The position numbers and the translations under genes were made by a program. From positions 62,001-126,000 of the forward strand of contig JAQGDQ010000004.1 of the NCBI GenBank assembly GCA_030141605.1: a stretch of 64,000 nt of DNA. The letters are read 5' to 3'. This document shows, piece after piece, positions 36,887 through 51,997 of this stretch. A model generated the notes under the pieces. The model searched no databases, was not told the origin of the DNA, and saw nothing but the letters and a program-made list of their open reading frames with translations. This DNA comes from Tubiluchus corallicola. Its lineage: Eukaryota > Animalia > Priapulida. Numbering within the stretch: the stretch's first letter is position 1; each line of letters opens with the position of its first letter.

Positions 36887-39391
36887 AAACGTTGTAATAC
36901 AGCCCGAGTTTGAAGAAGGGGCCTTCCACGTTCCCAGCGATGCCTCTTAGAGTGTTATGATCGCTGAACGAAGATGCAACTTTAACTTGTTTCGTTGCCG
37001 GTGCTGAGTATGATACAAAAAGGGCGTCACTGTTAATATCTTTGTCATCAACATCTCGTTCAACACCTCCATCACTTCCACCTCCACCACCAGCACCACC
37101 ACCACCACCATCATCATGATAGTCATTGCTAGCAAATTGCAGCACCAAAAACCTCAGCCACGTCACTGCCACTGCCGCTGTCACTTTTAACAGCAACATC
37201 GACATCCGTAACCCTTCTCTCTTGTCGGAAGTCATGCTTAATAAAACGACGTCTTTTGTCTGTTTAGATTTAACTACTGTATATTTTGTAGGTCACTTCG
37301 AAATGAAAATTTTACAGGCATTAATGAATTCGTTGTTGGATGTGTGGCATCATAATTGAGTTAATTTTCCAATTTTCGTTGAATAGTTGACAAGTTTAGT
37401 CCGCACGCGATGTTCACTTATTCAGGCAAAGATGTTTAAAGAATCATTTTACTTGTCAGGAAGAGAGTTTTGCGTTGCTCGCATCTTTTGTTGGCATTAC
37501 TGTTTTTCTCCGAAAACAGGGCAATCAGTCAGACTACAGGAAACGAGCATCAGGGCTTTATGAAAACTGATTAGTTTTGTGATTAGAGTTGTGATTAGAT
37601 GATACATGATCGAATTAATAACAGCTCCGGTTAAATCCTCAGAGTTTCTCATTAACTATAACAGTCCATCAGGGATGCACCTCGCTGGAATTATGTCTTA
37701 ATGTGATCATCAAGCTCATGCCGACAGCAGCTTGACCAATGCTATTATTAGTCAAGACTAAAACACCTCATCAAATGTTTAAATGTTATTTTACCCATCA
37801 TTAACACATCATTAAAAGAGTTAGACTTTTTGAGACGCAATATAAAATCAGTGCATATGAAACATTTTTGCCAAAAATTAATATCTACATGTATTTTTTG
37901 ATCTTATAGCTTAACAGTTTAGTGTACCTTTAAGCCCGTGTTGCAAAACAAGAATAGAATAGATTACACACGAACTTTCTTAAGTGGTTTACTTAACCCT
38001 TTACGTTAATTTAATGTAAACACCGGCAAACTTAATGTAGTTAGACTGCGCATATTAGCTCTTAAGTCATATCACTAACTGATTTTCAAGCTAAAGGCAA
38101 TGCATCTGCTTCTAGAATCCTATAACCGCACAGATAACTCATTAAATCAAAAATGTTAGTCTACAACAACAAGAAAACTGCAGGAATAGGAAAAGAGCAG
38201 TACTAAAAACTAATGTAGTTTGCAGTGAGAAGTACATTGATGGATGGTGTACGCGCGCTCTATTTTCCAAATTCTTTGACCTCTGTTTCTGCGGTGGGTC
38301 CCAGGCGAGGACCGGTTCACTTTTGTTACAGGTATAAGTAGTAGTTTGTCGTTTGATGGTTAACAATTTTTTGCAAATTAGCAAAAATACTTGTCGGTGG
38401 AGGTATAATCCGGTCCCTAGCCGCTTAAAAACGTTCACAGCTTGAGTAGTTGTCAGAAGGAAAGGTCAGGCAATTACAAACAATTTAACCGAAAAATGAA
38501 AGTCTGCTCTTCAAGTTTTAGGAGTAAGCTTCTTTACTCCTCCCAACTCTCAACCTATCGACTTTGAATGTAGACTTTCGAAGTGCACATTGTTGAAGAA
38601 TAGTAGATAAACAAACGAAAACAAAGCATCTAACTTTCATTAATCAGATCGAAGCCTGTGGATCTAAGTTTTTGTGCACGGTGACTGCATTAAATTTGTT
38701 CACTTTTTGACCAAGTATTTATGCAGGCTGTTAAATCAAAACAGATTCAAGTGACAGTTTCTCTTTATTATAACAACTTGGGCGTGATATCTTCTACAAT
38801 CGAAACTGCCATGTTTCCGTACAAAAGTACAAACTTTCTCTTCTCAAGTGCTACAATTTGAGTTTAAATTTTTGCCGTAACTTGGAAAAATAAACAGCGT
38901 TATAGGTCGGTATATCTTTAAACCTTGACTGAGAAAACGGTCACAGAACAGTCACCTCACTAATTCTCACCTGGCTGGAACTTTCAAATCAACATATGTT
39001 AAATGCCCATTTTGAGAATGTTTAAAAGCAGGTGTTAGAAGAAACACATAGACGTTAATGAAACTGTAAAAGTTCGCCGCTAAGATAATCAGTCAAGAAA
39101 AGAATCAGTGATATATTAAATAATGGAAAAATATGAAACAAAATTGTTATATATTTTAAAATAAATTACTTGCAATGAAATAAAAGCACTATTATTTATA
39201 TTGTTTTGCTAATTGATATCGCTATTGCAGCCACTGCAGTGTTATTAGAAGAAGTAGAAGAGAGTTGACAGAAAGAGGAAGACAGACACGCGCACGCCTG
39301 TGTGCGCAAACACACACATACACACACACACACGCCCGCACGCACGCACATTAATGACAATTAAAGAAAGGAGCGAGAGAAAGCGAGAGAG

Positions 39392-39730
39392 ATTTGATTT
39401 GATTTACTTCTTTATTTCAAACTTTCGTTCATATCATATTAGTACAACATTAAAAATATATACAACGAACGTACAAGTAAATAAACACACAAGCACACAA
39501 ACAAAACAACATTACAAAAAAATAATAATAACAATTCTCATTGGCTTCAATCATTATATCAATGAATATAAACAATGTAAAAATTAAGCATACAGTATCC
39601 TTCTCCAAATCTTTCTTACACTGGAAGTAAATAAAGTATCATTGCCGAATATCGTTCTACATAATAAGTTTTCACTGTTTGAAATTCTAGTATTCAGAGC
39701 TGTAAATGCTTTTCCTATAAATAACATCAA
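39392..39730 (-). mobile_element. Probable 3' end of a CR1/L2-type LINE
   Basis: - strand residual LNTRISNSENLLCRTIFG (resembles the YNTR...CRT end of ORF2), T-rich 3' UTR, AATAAA and an (AAATC)3 tail. Confidence 0.5.
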
Positions 39731-41349
39731 AGTACACTAATTTATGAGAGAGAGATAGAGAGAGAAAATTAACTCCTTCAATTATCGTATTCAGTCTTGA
39801 TATGTAATCTACTTGCCTATCTAAGAGGTTATTTACCTATTACTGGGAAAAGTACCTTGGCAGTTTGCCTGTTGGCCTGGCAGGCATCATCCGCCGTAAG
39901 TAGTCAATAACACATCAACTCTCCTACCAAGGAAAGTTCTTTGCCTGACAGGCATAAGTCTCCACATTTACATTCTAGGGTTGCACTAGATCGAAATTTC
40001 GGAATTAATTTCTGCTTTGGTATATTTTAATTCACAACGTTAATATCTCGACAAAACATCTATAGGTAATTATGCTGCCTATTCGGGGGGGGGCAGTGTG
40101 GCAGCAACATCCATTGAAAAGACAATTAGCCCATGTCTCTAGTTCAAAACTAAACTTAACAGAGAATTTTTTCATCACCTGTCAAAAAATTTAACGACTT
40201 TTTGTACTTACCTGTGTAATAAAAGTAGTTCTGACGACTACAACTACTTGTTCACTGAATATAGTCAGAGAAGTACGTACAGTGAAAATTTGTTCAAGGT
40301 CCTCGCAGAACAAATCATATCCAAAAAATGATGATTCACCTAAGGTGTAGCGGCAACTTTCTTAGCTAATAAGACACTTATTATGTATAACTAAGAAAGA
40401 CCTTGGCCGGGGCGCGGGGGGTGTTGATTCGATCAAACCAATGAGCATGTATAGCTTCTTTTTATAGCTGCCGTTTTGAAAACTGATATGTTTTTTTATT
40501 TAGACCTGTTTTACAGTATACTCTTTTTTAATACGTGGAAAAATCGGGAAACAATTTTCAAAGTCCAAGACATGTGTATACGAGAACAAAAGGTAGTAGC
40601 TGCTAAAAAGTAAAACGTGCTAGAGCTGGAGGAAGATTGACACTAACATGATTTGTCGAAGTTTCGATATTTCTAATATGATTAGAATGCGTCCAACATG
40701 TGTAACTTAATATCCATTTAACTTTTATATTTTTTTTGAAAACTAAAAAATTATCATCTTTTTGCATTTATTTACGGAATTACATTTGCAAATCATTCTG
40801 GCTGCATATAAATGCCTGTATTGAATGAGCAAATCAGTGGGGCTCAGTGGGACACAGATGTCCAAAAGGTTGGGTTTTATGGCCTTTGGCTTAATTTCCT
40901 TAATCGTTTTTATCCTTTATGTTGTAACGTTGTAACGTGCTTTACAATGAAAATAAAGTAGATAAATTATATTCTAGTAAAAATTACTTGTGAGTAGCTA
41001 TTTTCTGAGTAAAGTTTCCCTAAGATAACTTTCTAATTTCTAACTGTAGACGAACCCAAGAATTTAAACGTATTAGTTTTGCGCCATAGTATGAAATTGA
41101 ATTAGATGTACTTATTTTTCGGATCCTAGACCAGTGAGATAAAATACAGATCGCTTACATTACAAGATGTATAAGTTCTGCTTGTACTTGTGGGACGCTA
41201 CACATCTATCACTATCCTTACACGGTTGTTGCGTGACACTCAGTTTGCTCTTGGGTACGATTGAAGTAAATGGCAATTTCCGTTTCCGGTTTTTCATCAG
41301 ATGCCGGAAATGAAGTTTACTACTGGTCACTATATCATTTACAGCAAAA

Positions 41350-41513
41350 CTAGGATGTCATTTTAGAAATGCCTATATGGAGTCGCAAGCTGTAGGTTAA
41401 AAGATGAATGAAGGACAATCGCATTAGTGCTGGTTCTGACTTCTGATGTTCCGAATGCAAGCCAATCCATAAAGCCGAAATGTAACCCACAGGATGTTTA
41501 AAATGACACTTAG
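41350..41513. mobile_element. MITE-like element with imperfect about 28-bp terminal inverted repeats
   Basis: CTAGGATGTCATTTTAGAAATGCCT versus the reverse complement of the right end, CTAAGTGTCATTTTAAACATCCT. Confidence 0.45.
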
Positions 41514-44500
41514 TATAGCTTCTGTTTTATTGCTATGCTATTATTATATTTCTAATTAAATTTTCTTTAAAATGATTCAAAAACAGTAAGCACTTTACAA
41601 AATTATCATATTACAGATTACAGCTCTACGACGAGAAGTTGAAGTACTTTATAATAACACGCAGTGGCAATTGTTGTACGTTTTTCAATACTGCTTGAAA
41701 GCCGGAACTGTGCACACAAATATGAAATGAAACGTAAAAAGCGTGAGAGTGGGCAATAATAATTTTTAGTCAAAATTAATAAAACTCTCTTTAATGCATC
41801 ACTACTTACTACATAACAAGCAGTTTCAGTAACAGAACGTAACATGAAAACAACCGCCGACGGTCTACCTGAAATTAGGCCAGAAGTATACACATAAGCA
41901 TGACCATGAATTTATCGTACTATTGTCAGGCTGCTATCTACTATCGCTGCTAATACATTTTGCACAATGGAGGATGACAATTGAGTACAAGACATTTAAG
42001 ACGTTTTCAACAGAAATGTTTTTGTTACTTTTACGTTAAGCAACGATTCTTTTATTCTCTTAAGCTTGTCCCTGTATCACCTGAACATGATAGCAATAAC
42101 AGAAATTGCTAAAAGATAGTAGTAGGCTACAGATATTCATATTCACAAGTAAAAACCAAAGTATAAACAATTGAGTTTAAACGATTAGGCGTGAAAGATA
42201 AAAACTGTGGGCGATAAACATTTATTCGTAAATCATATACAAAAAAAAATCTTCACAAATACTGGGTAATTCAAGAATAGCCTGAAACATAGAGTAATGT
42301 TACACTTTCATACGACTATGAAGCTTTTATACGACTATGGTATGTGAAGAAGTTTATCAACCTAAAAAGGCGAAGTCGCTATAGTTTAATTTGTAGCATC
42401 ATCCGTACTTTTGCTACATTTTACTGCAGTTAAAAATATATTGGCTTTCTCTAGATCTGATTTTAGTTAGGCCAACCACATTAATGTGAGAAGAGCTAAA
42501 AATCAATATTGAAAAGTGCTTTTCTATAGTACCAAATTGCACTAATGTGCCGTGCTGATATTATAAATCAATTTCTACTTTCAGTATATCAACTGCAGCT
42601 GTGTTTTAATATATAGTCATTAAATCATGACAATGAATTTTGAACTTGATAAAACCGAAAATTGGCAAGCTACAGCACAGTGGTCAATTAGAATGAAAAA
42701 ACGATTTCTCACGCTTACAACTCCGATGTACAAGTCGCTTTTCTTTTGAATCCACGTACACGTTCTACTATCTTAAGAAAATCATTTTAATCCAGTAACC
42801 CAGAAATTCGTGAGTGAACATGAAAGTGAAATTCAAGAGCAGAGTGTTGATTGTGTTCAGGTTCTTTTACTCGAGAGCTGAATTGCGTTTTCGTGTAGTT
42901 TTGAAATTTTTCGGCTTGTTTTGAAAACGTGCAATACTTATTTCGAGTTAGTTAAGAATGCGAAAAGACGTGAAGTGCCTTTGAGAATTAGGCCATTATC
43001 AGTTCATTTTGTGATTATAATAGCTTCCTTTGAAAAAGGCGGAGAAAAGGAAAAAAAGAACAACAGCTTTTCTAAACTAGTTTACGTCGCATAGATAGTT
43101 ACTTAGAGCCTTATTTGATGGCTAAACAACAACAATAACTCTAACAATTGGAATGACGCTGATAATAATGACTCCATTAGGCTACTCGACATCAAAGCAA
43201 TGATAGCCAGTGTAGTGAAGCAGAGCAATATCAGCATTAATCCAACAACAACAACCATTGTAATTGCAAAAAACCAGCATTTATATCAATTGGCGCAAAA
43301 AAGCGTTCCGAAGTCCTGATCACGATACTGTAAGAAGAAAATAATGGAATCGCTTGAAAGTTACTGCACTGATGCTGACAGACGCTTATGTACAAACACC
43401 AAAAAACTTGGGCCATTCCCTTTGATTTTCCAAGATACATAAGTCTTAAAAGAACAAGTCAAAAAAATAAATGTTGGAAGAAAAATTGTATATCACTATT
43501 GTTAAAATTTACAGCAAGAGCTCTGTGTTTCCACCATTTTCACTGCAAACTGGACGAAGCGATTTCTTTCAACAGCTTTTAAACACGCTGACATGGCTGT
43601 TTTTCATTTGACGATGACTAATTTACATTGTTCGGGAATTTAATTTTTTAATATACAAACGTTTTTCGGTCATTTCTTGAAAACTGCTGAAACTATAAAC
43701 TTGTAAGTTCGCAGCCAAAAACTAATGTATTGTAATATCACAGTGTGAAATTTCCACTTTGCAGAGCATTTGCTTCTAATCTTATTGTAGCATAAACATC
43801 GGTACACTTTTCTGTTCTATCCTTTCTGCACATTTACCGTCAAGAGCAAGGGCACCGTTGCAACAGCATAATAGTAACAACATCCATAACCCGCATTGAT
43901 GCAATGCTAATATAACTGCAGCGGTAGACTAGTTGTAACAGCAGCAACAACAATAATAATAACAATAATGTTAGCAGCAGCGGCGACAACAGCAGCAAGA
44001 ATAGTGCTGGAGCAAAAATATCAACAATAGTGACAAGTGACATGCTCTGATCTTTTAGATGGACTATCGATGTTATCGCGAATTATTTAAAAATAGCGGA
44101 AACAACCCAAAATTGCTCATTCCTCGCATGATTTAAAGTATTTGTTCACAGAAACTAGAAATTATATTGCAGCTCCAGCAACTGAGGAAGCATACCATGC
44201 GTGTAACATCCTGACTAGTTTCTTGCCACCCCTCCCAGGGGTGATTGGCCAAAATCGTTTAGTTCTCAATCAAAAACTGGCCTACCGTTTGTAATAATTG
44301 ATTATAGTGATTGAAGCAAGTCACCATGAGTTACGAATACGTAATATCTGTTTCATTTGAGTTCATAAAAATGATATTTCAGTTACTCTAATAATTTAAA
44401 ATGCACCCAGTTTTTTTACTAGTAAGCACAATTAAAAAGAAATTTAGTAAGCCAAGTTTTAGCAACAGTAACTGCCTAAGCTTTGGAGAACCGAATGCTG

Positions 44501-47500
44501 CGACAAATAATAATGGATTTGTATTGTGGCTTGCAGAATAATAGTTCCACACTCAGTTTAAGACCACTATGGAACAAATTCTTGCGATGACCTGGTAGTG
44601 TAAATACAGTTTATCTAGCAAAAACTAAACGTAAAACTACTTCGTCCTTTTGTCGAAATTGCAAGGTTTTAAACATAAATCGGTTTTTAATAAAAAAAAT
44701 TACAATTCGGGGTTGCACGGTTTATCAACGAAGACAGACATATCAGATCAACATCTCAGTTATACAACTGCCACTCGAAATTAAGGTTGCATTTTTTAAG
44801 CAATGCGCTCTGTTAAACAGGAAAATTATAGTAACGTGCCTATTGGTGAGAAATTACAGGGTTTATTCGAAGCATGCCAAAAAAGTTTCCTGGTTGCCTT
44901 GAACGAGTGAACATTTAATAGCGGAGAGTAATTGTAAGAACACCTTGAAATTTTCCAAATTGCGTTAAAATAATTTGATTGTCAGTTCAATTTATAATGA
45001 ACAATATAGTTTTTCGTCTATACTTGCCGATTATGGGTGTAGAAACCTTCCTGTTATAGCCACTTTTATGTTTGTTTCAGAGACGTATAGCTTGTGCTGT
45101 TAACTTATATTGTTTACGCATCTAACTTGTTATTACGTGTAGTGAAGTGCAATGTATCAGCAGTCTAGCTGCTTAGAATTTGATTTTGAAAAAGTGGTCA
45201 TTATGTTAGGTGTACTGCTTAAAAGTTTAATGCTATTTTTATGTTTTTATGAATTAATGAGTTTGAACGAATGTATTAATTCTACATTTATAAGCGAGAG
45301 TAGCCTTTTCATTCCCTCAGGTGCAATTCAGTACACGCGAGGTTACTATTTCAGAACACTAGCAATAATTATTATTTAGCATGTTTTCTTGCAAATAATT
45401 ATAATTTAAGTACAAAAAAACTTATATAATTCCTTCAGCCAATCGTGTCTGTAATTGCTGCATAAAAGTACACATAAAAGTAAAACAGACCTGCAATTAT
45501 TTACTTTACAAAGCTATACAGTTAGCAATAGAAGATAGCTGCTTACTAGAACAGGTTTTCATGCCGGATGACAAGGAAACAAAGAGTATAACAATGTATG
45601 TGTGGTATACACTAATTCTATAGAGGTAAACAAATGGATTCTTGCATACATTATTTTTGGAGAGCTAAGGCAACAAAGAGCTTACAGGGGCAGAAGTACG
45701 GAATGAACTGTTGCATACAATCTACAAGTATTCTAGAGAGACAAAAACAAAAGAGACAGAGGGAAAGAGAAAGAAGGACAGAGAAGGAAAGAGAGAGATA
45801 GAGGTAGATTTGTGAAGTTGGCAGAACACAGAAGCATTAGTAAAAATCAGCTGCAGGTTTAAAACATATAGAAGAAAAATATGGTGACTCGGTGATTCTT
45901 AATACGGTAATCCTGTAATTAATTAAGGGTAGACTCAGGTATTATAGAAAAAAACATTACATAAGACAATTCAAGGCCCAATAAAAGATTTGATTCTTAT
46001 TTTTTATCAAATTTTTTTATTAATAATTATTGTTTTTTTAATTATTTGATTAATATTTTTAATAAATAATTACTTTCAAGGTAATAGTAATACATCATTA
46101 TCAGAATCAATGTAGATCGAACAGTAATTTTCTATGCGCAGATTTTGCTTTTTTAAATAGTACTCGTACAATATTCGACATATTTATGGCAGCAGTAACT
46201 ATCATAATGATGGGATGCAGTCATGTAGCTTAACGCAAGTTCGTAGTGTTAAACACTTAATAATAGGATAATATCATCTATACTCATTTAAGGCAAAACG
46301 GCTTGTAAAATTGATGATAATCATAATACTTTTAATTAAATAAATGCGTCAAAGTTTGAAGGTTTTTGGGTTTTATGTTGCACTCATAATCCAAACGAGT
46401 TAGTTTTGGCCTTGAAGAGAAATGTCTTGTTATAAAACTATGCTTCCAGTTTTCAAATTCCCGTTATCAAGTCCTTCGCTGTAATGCATTTAAATACATC
46501 ACACGGAGCAAAAGTAACAGTAAAATGTTTCTTGAATTGTCCTGCAGCGACGGTTTTAGACATATATAAAGTGATAAATGCTTTTACAGATGCTATAAAA
46601 ACCGACCTGCCTGAGATCGTTTCTTTGATCACATTATGCTCGACTTTATTTTCAAAACTAATTGCAGCCTAATAACGGGAAACAAGTATAAAATACATTT
46701 GACAATTTTAGAAATCTAGACAAGAAATTTAAGCAGGGACTCATTACATAATCTTTTAGCAGGGAGTCTAATTCTTTTTAAAGGATTTCAACCAAAAATG
46801 CTAATCAACTTGCGAAAAAGTTTCTTAACCAAAGCAAATGTAAAACGCCAGTGAAACAAAAACACCGTTTTGTCAGAATTTTCTTTGCACAAATAAAAGC
46901 ATCTACCACATAATAATGTAAAAATATAAATTATATTTGCAACAATTATTTTGAGAACAAGACCTAATTTGCATTAATTCTTTCTTTCTTACTTTTTTGA
47001 GAGTAAGCCTGCCTGTCTTTCTTTTTTCGTTCACTCATTTTTCGTTCATTCATGTTTTATGCAATTCAGCTTAAGACAACTTAATTAGTCTTTTTTATAG
47101 CTCGTTCGGCAAGTCAATTTTGAGACAGCTATACGTTTGTATAGACGTTGATCATCATTCTTATTGTATTTTACAAAAAGAGTTAGCCTGTGTTGTAATA
47201 TCAGCGAAAATTGTTTTGTTTGCTTACGTAAAAGTTAAGACATCGTGGAGTGTTGCGCATTCAACTAAACACAGGTTGGTACACTCTGTAATTATCAGTA
47301 TGTAGAGAATGAATACAAGATCGAGTTCAATGCAGTCGCCTTTCAGAATCTGCCTTTATATACCCAGAAAGCATATTCTTTAGCTGCATATCTAAACGCA
47401 CGACTATGCTTGAGTAAATATTATCCCATTTCTTTTAATAAAAGATCTTTGATGATCAAGACAGGTTTGCATGAATAGCAATGTTTTGATAAATTTATGT

Positions 47501-50500
47501 CAGTGTAAGACTAACCTGTTAGTACAAATGATAGAAATCAGATTCCAGTTCGCAAGCAATCTGCTCTGTTTCAGTGGTGTGCATGTGAACATGATTTGGA
47601 TTTTCAAACAAGAGGACGGCACTCATAAATACTTGACTTAGCTCTATTATGCAACACAAACAAGGTTGAACACTGCATGTAACAATAAATGTTGAATTTT
47701 TATAGGTCATGGAATATTAATGACTCGTAGTGTTATCCAAAGTAAGTTTAAATTAAATGAACAAAACAGTGTAAATTCCCGGAAACACGAGATATTTTGT
47801 AGCTCATCTATACTTTTTAGTATTTCTACTAAGTATTTCTTGCCTCTCAAATTAAAAATTTATGCAAAACAAGGCAAAATACAACGAAGAATGATTTCTG
47901 AGAGATCCCTTCAGAATTATTTACTTCTGTTAAGAAATACTTCTGCATTTAATTTTTCGTTATCGGTAGTTCAAAACCGCAAGCTCTAACCTAACTGCAC
48001 GCAGCAAAACCGGTAGGGATACTGCTTTATATGCTTATTAGCTTCCACTAGACCACCCATTTGCTCCCTGGATATATTACGAATTTAGGCGAAATCCAGG
48101 CATTCAGAATGAGAAAATGTGAATCCAAAATGCCCAAGCACGATGTTAGAAAGCAAGGTTTCCTTTTTTGTTGGAAAATGTTTCACTTGCGTCCAATTTA
48201 CTTGTACAGGTGAGAGGACCTTTTCCTGTGCAAAGTGTCAGTTCCACATTTCTCATTCATTGTGTCATTTCGTTCTTGCTTTATGTCAGAATGTTGCACC
48301 ATCAGAAGACATCTTCTGTATTGAGGCTTGAAAGTGGTAGAAAAAACTTTATGCTCAAAAAAGCTGGGAGAAAGGATCGTTAATTATTTACTTTATAGCT
48401 TTGATGCGTTATAGCATGATAACTGCCTAATCAATGGCTGTCTTACATCAGCCTTCCAAAATCATTTTTTCCATTAGTCAGCTTTTGCACGTGGCTGACA
48501 AGTGAACTAAAGATCTTCAGTAGTCATAATCGAACTGCAGTTATCAGGGTAAACGATTTACGTAGTTCTCTCTACCCACATGTTAATTAATTTTATTTTA
48601 AGGACTTGATTACTAACTTCTCAATATCAGGATAATTGTTTCCAGTTTTAATGTAAAATTGAGATAGACCAGGTCAGTTTTCAAGGATTTTGAAAACAAC
48701 AATTACAATTTTTAAATTGCGCTCCGAACTCTTTGATTTTTAATATATTACTTCGTCCTATGATATTGAGCTTAAGTGTGGGTGCAGCGAGTATTTTGTA
48801 AAGTCTTTTAGAGTTATTGCAAAGCACACTTAATAAAAATATTATAAAAAAATACAAATTTTCGATGCACCACACAGCCCTGGCCGTATTTAAAAACATC
48901 CATGGCCAGTGGAGTTTATCGGTGTAATAACTGCAGTACTGACATCTGATCCCACACTATAGCCCTACGATCTTTGCACTACTTTTGTCAGACTGGTGGT
49001 AGACCGCATTCACATGTAACTATTTGTCTGGTGTCTGGTTCCATAAATACACCAGTGATCTCTTATTTGCTTTTGGCCTTAAACCTGGTTCTACTGTCAT
49101 TCCATTTATTTGTAAATGGACATTATAGATGACAGAAAAGACAAGAAAATGTAATTCCTGTATGGACTCTGTGGTTTACACGGTTTACTCCTGCAACACT
49201 GCATCAGTGTGATACAAAAGAATAGGCCTGCTAAAAACCGAAAGACGTGAAGAAGTTACAGCGAATAAGTAGCCTACACACTTCTCGCTGCTTTGATCTT
49301 CTAACCAAAGTGACCTGTTTTTAGTCTAGTAAATTACTTTGACTTAGTTTAGAAACAGGAGTTCAGGGAATTCAAGTGGTGAAAGTGACAAAGTTAGTCT
49401 TCGATTTGGATTTCAGTCTTCTGTGAAGGGATTTAGGTTGAGTTGTTGAAGTGTGATTGCCAACAAAGCCACATCTTTGGTATGTAGGTGTAACTGGTGA
49501 CGTCATTTTCACTTAAATTGAACCAAATAATGATCACATTGAGACTATGGCATTGTACCGCCTCACCCATTTGATTTACTTCGAACGCATAAAATCCAAC
49601 GTATTTTACGTTATGATGATACCGATAAGCCATCAAATTTTCCGATTTTTCTCACAAAAGACTAGATTTTAGTGAAACAAAAACTTGATCTAAATTTTAA
49701 TTAACATTGTTTAGAGAATACTGAATACTGCATAATGAATACTAAAAGAAAATGCTGATCTGATATTTGCAGGTTGTCCCTTTGGGTTGTTCGGCTAACC
49801 GAATTGTTGATTTTGGTGAAAGTTTTCCTCAGCTATAACCTTAGATTATAATGAAATTCTAATTTAATCTAATAGTAAAATAATAAGATTGTACATTTAT
49901 ATTATATCAGTGGCGTGACATATTAACGTTTTAAATTATACTCGTGGTGCATAAATTAACACTGTGGCTATTTATCACCGAAGAGGGCCAGTATTTCCAG
50001 GTGTTGGTCGGAGCAATATTTGCAGAAAATGCTTCTACAGAGGAAGTTGCTAAGGCCTCTGACAATGGTTTTACGCTCGAAAAACTGTCCACTTCTCGGC
50101 ACGGCGTTGGTACAATAAACAAATTGTCGTATGTCACTTGATGTGACTGAGAAACGGCCGTGACACGAATCACATTGTAAGCATCAAGGTAGGACAGGTA
50201 GCGCCGAAAAAATCAAACAAAAGCGAGTTTTTGTAAGGATTTTGACCAACTGCTGCTGGCAAAATTTGATAAGTTTTCCTTTATTTAAAAAATTTACTTG
50301 AAATAAAACGGTAACATTTACAGTTAGGACAGCTAAACGGATGATAGTTATCTCTGGGTTGATGGTGCAAGGTTATTGGCCTTTTCTGGAATTCATGATC
50401 TTTTCGAAAACATAGTGGTTTCACGTACTTGCGTTTTAGCCAAGAATGACAGGAATAGGAGTAACATGCTTATTGGAAAGAAATCAAGATTTCTGTAAGA

Positions 50501-51997
50501 GAAGCACTGATGAGACAAGACTTATTTTGCAACCCACAAAAATGGTGCTTATCAAGCTAAGTGATAAAGGCCATAATCTTATTTCATTATACTTAAACAT
50601 ACAGGTGCTTTTCATGATCTTAGGCTAAGTAGGTCCCTTTCACACAGAAAACCAAATTTAAGTCCATTGTTGTGTTAGAATGTACACAATATACAATAAA
50701 TTTGCAGTGTAAATTAAACTGACTAAGACTTGATGATTTATGCTGATATCCTGTAGCGATTTGGACTTAAAAGTTGCAGTGCGTCCTACAGGTAGGCGTG
50801 GTTGTGGACCCCGGAATTGCAAATTACATCTTCGTTATTACAACAGGTGTACGCCTTGTCTAACCTTGGACGTTAAATGCTCTGAAGTACTTGCATATAT
50901 AGGTGCAACACAATACTTATGCCGAATAACTGCAACGTGGAAAATCAGAAACGGTATTTTTCAAATCTGCAGATTTTACAGGTTTGGTATGGTGCAACAG
51001 TCGCACCGTTTAGTTTTGATAAAAAACAGGTCATATCAGTTGATTTGTAGCTTACGTGAGTTACTAAATATTGTTTCCGTACCTAGGAACACCAATGGAA
51101 TGATCGACAAAAGGTTCCTGAGAAATGAATCTGTAATTAACGGTACTTATGTCTGTGCCACCTGCACAAGGGCAGCGACATTACAAGCAGCAGATTAATA
51201 GTTCAAGTCAACAGAAAGACTAATGAAAATAAGAAAGTTTGCCCCCAAGGAACGGTGTACCTAATCTACAATAATATGAGATGTTATCTCCACGCAAATA
51301 GAGAATACTGAATTAAAATTTCTAAAAGCAAACTACTACACCCTTTACCTGTGCTTTCCGAAAAACTCTCGCATGTTGTTCCAACTTGCACTTTATTTAA
51401 ATTGATCAGGTTAACCAGGATTTCACAGTTTAAAATAAATTTAGTCACTTACATTAAACTTGCACTCTAGATATAAATTATTCAGAAAGCACATTTTACC
51501 AGGAACTAATAAGTTAAAGTGAAATTCGCATATCACATCACAACGTAACTTTATTGGCAATTAATTATTTAAGCAGATATACTTTAATAGCTTCTGCATG
51601 TTGAAGTACCAGTCCACCACTAAAATTACCTGTCTGTAAGAACACTAATTAAAGAGTTTGTGCAACAAGGGTCAATGGTTTAACAATAAATTTCGCAAGG
51701 AAACATTAACATTAAAGGTAAATGCCTATAATGCATCTACGACTACGACCCCTAATTAATGCAGGCTCTTCGTGACGCTCTAAATGTAGTAAACGTTAAT
51801 CAAGAGACAACTGTGCCACTTCAGGGTAAATTGTACCTTTCAATTAATGAATAATTACCGGCCTTGCTTTGCCAACTGCAGCATTTTACAAATAATTTAT
51901 TTACTGTCTCTTTTCGGTAAGATCAAAAGATCCAGTCAAAGTTGTCAAATTGGGATCGTGTAAGATAAACGGGCAGGTAATGAAAAGTCGTTCTTAC

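Noticed and set aside
41270-41310. CTGATGA...GAAAC on the - strand considered as a hammerhead
   Set aside because: No stem II and no NUH cleavage triplet in the right place.
49990-50050. RCWSEQYLQKMLLQRK resembles the BEL motif RWxxEYLxxLQxR
   Set aside because: Single weak motif with no supporting flanking motifs.
50740-51198. 152-aa + strand ORF inside the FN3/ZP-N intron
   Set aside because: No domain pattern or convincing splice signals; plausible by chance.
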